From the NCBI GenBank assembly GCA_964530335.1, contig CAZGYG010000006.1, forward strand, positions 2,451 through 66,450: DNA of 64,000 bases, read 5' to 3'. This DNA comes from an uncultured Rhodospirillaceae bacterium (GTDB taxonomy: Bacteria; Pseudomonadota; Alphaproteobacteria; SP197). Shown here one piece after another: positions 58,816 to 64,000 of the stretch (the first letter of the stretch is position 1; each line of letters begins with the position of its first letter). The position numbers and the translations under genes are program-made. The notes under the pieces are model-generated. The model was given only the letters and a program-made list of their open reading frames with translations, did no database searches and had not been told where the DNA came from.

Positions 58816-60669
58816 ATGTACCGACCCAACCGCCGCCCGCCGCCCGACCCGACGACGCCGCTCACGCGGGACTGGAGCTCGTTCCGCACGCTCGGCACGC
58901 TCGCGCCGCACCTATGGCCCAAGGGCAACCCCGGCATCAAGGCCCGGGTCGTGCTCGCGCTCGCCCTGCTGCTCGGGGCGAAGCTGGCCAACGTCTACGT
59001 GCCCATCCTCTACAAGCACGCGGTCGATGCGCTGGGCGCGCAGGGCGTACTCGTGGTGCCGCTCGGGCTGATCGTCGGCTACGGCTTGATCCGTTCGCTG
59101 GCGCTCGCCTTCGCCGAGCTGCGCGACGTGGTGTTCGCCCGGGTTGGCCAGCGGGCGATCCGGGCGACGGCGCTGGCCACGTTCCGCCACCTGCACGCGC
59201 TTTCGCTCGGCTTCCACCTGGACCGCCAGACCGGCGGGCTCAACCGCGCCATCGAGCGCGGCGTCAAGGGCATCGAGTACCTGCTGTCGTTCATGGTGTT
59301 CAGCATCGTGCCGACGCTGGTCGAGATCGCCATGGTGTGCGGCCTGCTGTGGTACCTGTTCGGCGCCCGCTTCGCCGCGGCGACCTTCGTCACCATCGGG
59401 GTCTACGTCGGCTACACGATCGCTATCACCGAATGGCGCACCAAGTTCCGCCGCGCCATGAACCTGATGGACGGCGAGGCCAACACCAAGGCGATCGACA
59501 GCCTGCTCAACTACGAGACGGTCAAGTACTTCGGCAACGAGGAGCTCGAGGCCGGGCGCTACGACCACGCGCTCGCCGCCTACGAATCCGCCGCGATCAA
59601 GAGCAAGGCGAGCCTGTCGTTGCTCAACGTCGGCCAGAGCGCGATCATCGCCGCCGGGCTGATCCTGATCATGACCATGGCGGCCAAAGGCATCGTCGCG
59701 GGCCGCTTCACGCTCGGCGACTTCGTGCTGGTCAACGTCTACCTGATCCAGCTCTACATGCCGCTCAACATGATGGGCATGGCCTACCGCGAGGTGAAGC
59801 AGTCGCTGATCGACATGGAGCAAATGTTCCGCCTGGGCGAGATCGCGCCCGAGATCGTGGACCGGCCGGACGCCCGGCCGCTGGCGCCCGGCCCCGGGGC
59901 GATCGAGTTCGACGCCGTGAGCTTCGGCTACGCCGGCCGCCGGCGCTTGCTCGACGGCGTGTCGTTCCATGTGCCCGGCGGCGGCAAGGTCGCCATCGTC
60001 GGCCCGAGCGGCGCGGGCAAGTCGACGATCGCGCGGCTGGTGTTCCGCTTCTACGACGTGGACGGCGGCGCGATCCGTATCGACGGCCAGGACATACGCG
60101 ACGCGACCCAGGCCTCGGTGCGCGCGACCATCGGCATCGTCCCCCAGGACACCGTGCTGTTCAACGACACGATCGGCTACAACATCGCGTATGGCCGCCC
60201 GGGCGCCGACGCGGCCGCGATCGAGCGGGCGGCGCGGCTCGCCCGGGTCCACGACTTCGTCAAGGCGCTGCCCGAGGGCTACGCGACCCGGGTCGGCGAA
60301 CGCGGGCTCAAGCTTTCGGGCGGCGAGAAGCAGCGCGTCGCCATCGCGCGCACGATCCTCAAGGATCCGCGCATCCTGGTGTTCGACGAGGCGACCTCGG
60401 CGCTCGACACCCGCACCGAACGCGAAATCCAGCGGAGCCTCGACGAGGTGTCGCGCGAGCGCACGACCCTGGTCATCGCGCACCGGCTGTCGACCGTGAT
60501 CGACGCCGACGAGATTCTGGTGCTCGACGGCGGCCGCATCGTCGAGCGCGGGCGCCACGCCGAGCTCCTGGCCCGCGATGGGCTCTACGCCACCATGTGG
60601 CGCCGCCAGCAGGAGGCGGAGGTGCGCGCCGGGACGGAACCGGAAAGGGCGCTGACCGGCACCGATTAG
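58816..60669 (+). CDS. ABC transporter permease/ATPase fusion, ABCB/ATM1-type exporter
   Basis: 617 aa with a 6-TM domain followed by an NBD with Walker A (GPSGAGKST), signature LSGGEKQR and Walker B ([12 protein letters not shown]). Confidence 0.85.
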   Translation: MYRPNRRPPPDPTTPLTRDWSSFRTLGTLAPHLWPKGNPGIKARVVLALALLLGAKLANVYVPILYKHAVDALGAQGVLVVPLGLIVGYGLIRSLALAFAELRDVVFARVGQRAIRATALATFRHLHALSLGFHLDRQTGGLNRAIERGVKGIEYLLSFMVFSIVPTLVEIAMVCGLLWYLFGARFAAATFVTIGVYVGYTIAITEWRTKFRRAMNLMDGEANTKAIDSLLNYETVKYFGNEELEAGRYDHALAAYESAAIKSKASLSLLNVGQSAIIAAGLILIMTMAAKGIVAGRFTLGDFVLVNVYLIQLYMPLNMMGMAYREVKQSLIDMEQMFRLGEIAPEIVDRPDARPLAPGPGAIEFDAVSFGYAGRRRLLDGVSFHVPGGGKVAIVGPSGAGKSTIARLVFRFYDVDGGAIRIDGQDIRDATQASVRATIGIVPQDTVLFNDTIGYNIAYGRPGADAAAIERAARLARVHDFVKALPEGYATRVGERGLKLSGGEKQRVAIARTILKDPRILVFDEATSALDTRTEREIQRSLDEVSRERTTLVIAHRLSTVIDADEILVLDGGRIVERGRHAELLARDGLYATMWRRQQEAEVRAGTEPERALTGTD

Positions 60670-60738
60670 CCTGTCGTTGCCTAAGGCTACGGCCTGGCCC
60701 ATTGTGGCGCTCGCATCGCGCAGCGCGGAGTCCCGCCC

Positions 60739-61695
60739 TTGCCCAGGCCTCAGCATTACGGCGTCCAGCGCGTCGCGATCGTCGGCGGCGGCGTCATTGG
60801 CAGCGGCTGGGCCGCGTACTTCCTCGGCCGCGGGCTCGACGTCATCGCCACGGACCCGCACCCGGACGGCGAGGCGCGGATTCGCGCCGCGGTCGCCAAC
60901 GCCTGGCCGGCGCTCGAGCGCATGGGCCTGGCACCCAGCGCGGATGCGCGCCGGTTGAGCTACGCCAAGACGGTCGCGGAAGCCGTGGCGAGCGCCGATT
61001 TCATCCAGGAAAGCGCGCCGGAGAACGAGGACCTCAAGACCAAGTTGATGGTCGATATCGACGCCGCGGCGCCACCCGATGTCGTCATCGCCTCGTCGAC
61101 CTCGGGTCTCCTGCCCAGCCGGTTCCAGCGCCTGGCGAAGCAGCCGGAGCGCATCCTGGTCGGCCATCCGTTCAACCCGGTTTATCTGCTGCCGCTGGTC
61201 GAGGTGGTCGGCGGCGCCCAGACCAGCGAGGACGCCAAGGACTGGGCGGTGGCGTTCTACAACGCCATCGGCAAGCGCGCGCTCAAGTGCCGCATGGAGG
61301 TGCCGGGCTTCATCTCGGACCGGCTGCAGGAGGCGTTGTGGCGCGAGGCCTTGCACCTGGTCAACGACGGCATCGGCACGACCGCCGAGGTCGACGACGC
61401 CATCCGCTTCGGCCCCGGCCTTCGCTGGGCGTTCATGGGCTCGTTCCTAACCTATCACCTGGCCGGGGGCGACGCCGGCATGGCCCACTTCATCGAGCAG
61501 TTCGGGCCCGCGCTCGAGCTGCCGTGGACCAACCACAAGGGACCGGCCATGTCGCGCGATCTCGTGGAACGACTCGTGATCGGCACCCGCGATCAGGCCG
61601 CCGGTCTCACGGTCAAGGAGCTCGAACGCAAGCGCGACGACGTGCTGATCGGCATCATGGAGTTGCTGCGCGAGCGCTGGTATACGAAGACGTAA
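60739..61695 (+). CDS. lcdH: L-carnitine dehydrogenase (3-hydroxyacyl-CoA dehydrogenase family)
   Basis: 318 aa with an NAD motif ([14 protein letters not shown]), 3HCDH N- and C-terminal domains and the carnitine-DH-typical C-terminus. Adjacent to a BKACE-family gene. Confidence 0.75.
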   Translation: MPRPQHYGVQRVAIVGGGVIGSGWAAYFLGRGLDVIATDPHPDGEARIRAAVANAWPALERMGLAPSADARRLSYAKTVAEAVASADFIQESAPENEDLKTKLMVDIDAAAPPDVVIASSTSGLLPSRFQRLAKQPERILVGHPFNPVYLLPLVEVVGGAQTSEDAKDWAVAFYNAIGKRALKCRMEVPGFISDRLQEALWREALHLVNDGIGTTAEVDDAIRFGPGLRWAFMGSFLTYHLAGGDAGMAHFIEQFGPALELPWTNHKGPAMSRDLVERLVIGTRDQAAGLTVKELERKRDDVLIGIMELLRERWYTKT

Positions 61696-61717
61696 ATCGA
61701 CACGGGGAGGACGAGCC

Positions 61718-62605
61718 ATGAACACCGAAGTCGTCGTGAGCTGCGCGCTGACCGGCGCCGGCGACACCACCGGCAAGAGCCCGCTGGTGCCGATCACGCC
61801 CAAGCAGATCGCCGAGGCTGGCATCGACGCCGCCAAGGCGGGCGCCTCGATCGTCCACTGCCACGTGCGCGAGCCCGACGGCAAGCCGGCGCGCAAGCCC
61901 AAGTATTACAAGGAAGTGTGCGACCGCATCCGGGATTCGGGCGTCGACGTCATCATCAACCTGACGTGCGGCATGGGCGGCGAGCTCACGCTCGACAAGG
62001 ACGACCCCATGAAGTTCGACCCCAAGGGCACCGACATCGCCTCGGCCGACGAGCGGATCGAGCACCTGGAACTGTGCATGCCCGAGGTCGCGACGCTCGA
62101 CTGCGGCACCATGAACTTCGGCGACAGCGACGGCATGGCGATCTTCACGCCCAGCGTGCTGCGCCGCATGGCCAAGCGCATGAAGGAACTTGGCGTCAAG
62201 CCCGAGATGGAAGTGTTCGAGCTCGGCCAGTTGTGGTTCGCCAAGCAGCTCGTGGCCGAAGGCCTGATCGCGGGCACGCCGATGTTCCAGTTCTGCCTGG
62301 GCATCCCGTGGGGCGCGCCAGCCGACACCACGACCATGAAGGCGATGCGGGATTCGCTGCCGCCGGGCGCCTACTGGGCCGGGTTCGGCATCTCGCGCAT
62401 GCAGATGCCGATCGTCGCCCAGGCCGTGCTGCTGGGCGGCAACGTGCGCGTCGGGCTCGAGGATAACCTGTACCTCGAACGCGGCAAGCTGGCGACCAAC
62501 GCCCAACTCGTCGAGAAGGCCGTGCGCATCATCGAGCTGCTGGGCGCGCGGGCCGTGACGCCCAAGGAGGCGCGCGGCAAGCTGGGCATCAAGCCAATGA
62601 ATTAG
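61718..62605 (+). CDS. BKACE-family (DUF849) beta-keto acid cleavage enzyme; probable 3-dehydrocarnitine cleavage enzyme
   Basis: 295 aa TIM-barrel ([13 protein letters not shown]...[11 protein letters not shown]...) with family-typical Zn ligands. Genomic pairing with lcdH. Confidence 0.75.
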   Translation: MNTEVVVSCALTGAGDTTGKSPLVPITPKQIAEAGIDAAKAGASIVHCHVREPDGKPARKPKYYKEVCDRIRDSGVDVIINLTCGMGGELTLDKDDPMKFDPKGTDIASADERIEHLELCMPEVATLDCGTMNFGDSDGMAIFTPSVLRRMAKRMKELGVKPEMEVFELGQLWFAKQLVAEGLIAGTPMFQFCLGIPWGAPADTTTMKAMRDSLPPGAYWAGFGISRMQMPIVAQAVLLGGNVRVGLEDNLYLERGKLATNAQLVEKAVRIIELLGARAVTPKEARGKLGIKPMN

Positions 62606-62632
62606 GCCGGCCCCGCCGTCTGGCTTCCGGCG

Positions 62633-63088
62633 GTGATCCGCGTCGAACGCATCCTCGGCTTCGCCGCCGACCCGGCGGTGGCCGAGCGCCTGCACGCGTT
62701 GGGCCACGCGGGCCGGATCGAAACCCTGGTGCTCGAACGCAAGGACACGTTGCGCCACCGGCTGCGCGCGAGGACCGACCGGGGCACCGAGCTCGCCATC
62801 GCGCTCGCCCGCGACCAGCGCCTGGCCGACGGCGCCGTGCTCGTGCTCGACGAGGCGCGGGCGGTGGTGGTGCGCATGGCCGACGAAACCTGGCTGCGGC
62901 TACGCCCGCGCGACGCCGCGGCGGCGCTCGAGCTCGGCTACCACGCCGGCAACCTGCACTGGCGCGTGCGCTTCGAGGGCGCGGTGATGGCCGTGGCCCT
63001 GGAAGGCCCGGAGGCCGCGTACCTCGACCGCGTGGCGCCGGCGCTCGCCGACGGCCGCGTCGCGCGCGTTCCCGATGACCGACGCTGA
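62633..63088 (+). CDS. ureE: Urease accessory protein UreE (no His-rich tail)
   Basis: 151 aa; LGYHAGNLHWRVRFEG corresponds to the UreE GNRH region. Confidence 0.7.
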   Translation: MIRVERILGFAADPAVAERLHALGHAGRIETLVLERKDTLRHRLRARTDRGTELAIALARDQRLADGAVLVLDEARAVVVRMADETWLRLRPRDAAAALELGYHAGNLHWRVRFEGAVMAVALEGPEAAYLDRVAPALADGRVARVPDDRR

Positions 63089-63755
63089 CAGCCTGCTGGC
63101 GCTGCTCCAGCACGCCGACAGCTTCTTTCCGGCCGGCGGGTTCGCGTTCTCGTGGGGCCTCGAGACGCTGGCCGCCGAGGGCCACGTGCGGGGCGCCGAG
63201 GGGGTCGCGCGCTTCGCCGCCGAGCAGATCGAGCGGCGCTGGGCGACCACCGACCGGCCGGCGCTCGTGCTGGCCCACCGCGCCGCCGGCGACCTCGACC
63301 GGGTCGCGGAGCTCGACGCGACCCTCGAAGCGGCGGCGCTGGCACGCGAGCTGCGTGAAGGTTCGCGCCGCGCCGGCCGCGCGCTCCTCGGCAGCCACGC
63401 GCGGCTCGGCACACCCGGCGCCGCCGCGTACCGCGCGCGCATCCGCGCCGGTGCCGCGTTCGGTCACGGCGCCGTCGTCCAGGGCCTGGTGTGGCGCGCG
63501 GCGGGAATCGGCGAGACCGCCGCCGTCCTCGCCTCCGGCCACCAGTTGGTCGTGGGCTGCGCCAGCGCCGCCTTGCGTCTCGGCATCATCAGCCACATCG
63601 ACGCGCAGAGGATCGTGACCGGGTCGCGGCCGCTCATCGCCCGCCTCGCCCGCTTGCCCGTGGCGCCGACCTTCGCCCCCACGGCCTTCGCCCCCGCCGC
63701 CGATATCGCCATGATGCGTCACGAGCGCCAGTTCACCCGCTTGTTCGCCAACTGA
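63075..63755 (+). CDS. ureF: Urease accessory protein UreF
   Basis: 226 aa; LLALLQHADSFFPAGGFAFSWGLETL is the canonical UreF N-terminus. Confidence 0.8.
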   Translation: MTDADSLLALLQHADSFFPAGGFAFSWGLETLAAEGHVRGAEGVARFAAEQIERRWATTDRPALVLAHRAAGDLDRVAELDATLEAAALARELREGSRRAGRALLGSHARLGTPGAAAYRARIRAGAAFGHGAVVQGLVWRAAGIGETAAVLASGHQLVVGCASAALRLGIISHIDAQRIVTGSRPLIARLARLPVAPTFAPTAFAPAADIAMMRHERQFTRLFAN

Positions 63756-63779
63756 CGCGTCACGCCCGCGGAGACCGCC

Positions 63780-64000
63780 ATGCTGCTGACCCCGACCGAG
63801 ATGGAGCGCCTGGTCATCTTCACCGCCGCCGAGCTGGCGCGCCGGCGCAAGGCGCGTGGGCTCCGCCTCAACCATCCGGAGGCGGTCGCCTACATCGCCG
63901 ACGAACTCCTGGAGGCGGCGCGCGACGGCCGCTCCCTGGCCGAGGTCAAGGGCTGGGGCGCGACGCTGCTGACCACCGACGACGTGCTGCCGGGGGTGGC
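63780..64000 (+). CDS. ureA: Urease subunit gamma (UreA), 3'-truncated by the window end
   Basis: [56 protein letters not shown] matches UreA. Confidence 0.8.
   Translation, partial: MLLTPTEMERLVIFTAAELARRRKARGLRLNHPEAVAYIADELLEAARDGRSLAEVKGWGATLLTTDDVLPGV

Overview
This is a high-GC (~70%) bacterial chromosomal segment, probably from an alphaproteobacterium (inferred from rpoH-rluD synteny, L-carnitine dehydrogenase plus a BKACE-family cleavage enzyme, and Sel1/TPR-adenylate-cyclase content). It is densely coding, and almost every gene belongs to a recognisable family.

Gene content in order:
- (1) 1-7 kb, minus strand: a surface-glycan locus with a WbpD-like hexapeptide acetyltransferase (partial), a WbpB-like Gfo/Idh/MocA oxidoreductase, a WecA/WbpL-type initiating glycosyltransferase, a DUF218 protein, a divergently transcribed Wzx-like flippase, and a NeuC/NeuB nonulosonic-acid pair.
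- (2) 7-17 kb: a dinJ-yafQ (relBE) toxin-antitoxin cassette, an ADP-forming acyl-CoA synthetase, two tandem NodB-type deacetylases, a beta-lactamase-fold serine hydrolase, a higA antitoxin with a degenerate higB, an HpaB-family flavin monooxygenase, and a class III adenylate cyclase with a TPR tail.
- (3) 17-32 kb: an EamA transporter, an M20 peptidase, three tandem Sel1-repeat paralogues, an amidohydrolase, rpoH, rluD, a PLP dehydratase, threonine aldolase, a SPOR/TPR protein and tRNA-Glu(CUC).
- (4) 32-55 kb: two acyl-CoA catabolic blocks (crotonase, ACAD, SDRs, a PaaK-like ligase, a CaiB-like CoA-transferase; and FadB-like, thiolase, an Fe-S dienoyl-CoA-reductase-like flavoprotein, ACAD, an APH-like kinase), plus GYD and flavodoxin-like proteins, an FAD oxidoreductase, a dimethylglycine-dehydrogenase-like enzyme and acetate kinase.
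- (5) 55-64 kb: a methyltransferase, a DUF2007 protein, ispB, an SDR, vapBC, a DUF1244 protein, an ATM1-type ABC exporter, L-carnitine dehydrogenase with a BKACE-family cleavage enzyme, and ureE-ureF-ureA (partial).

The most notable signal is structural rather than a new protein family. At four places in 64 kb a small cargo sits between imperfect direct repeats (about 35-120 bp, 80-97% identical) that copy the 5' or 3' terminus of the adjacent intact gene. The cargoes are relBE, higA with a higB remnant, the adenylate cyclase, and a small ORF. Each insertion leaves a pseudo-start or pseudo-end next to the cargo.

Three distinct type II TA families are present (DinJ-YafQ, HigBA-remnant, VapBC). 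Two families of REP/MITE-like palindromic elements occur in intergenic regions. The three Sel1 paralogues form a highly repetitive array. No transposase, integrase, CRISPR array or recognisable defence system was found.
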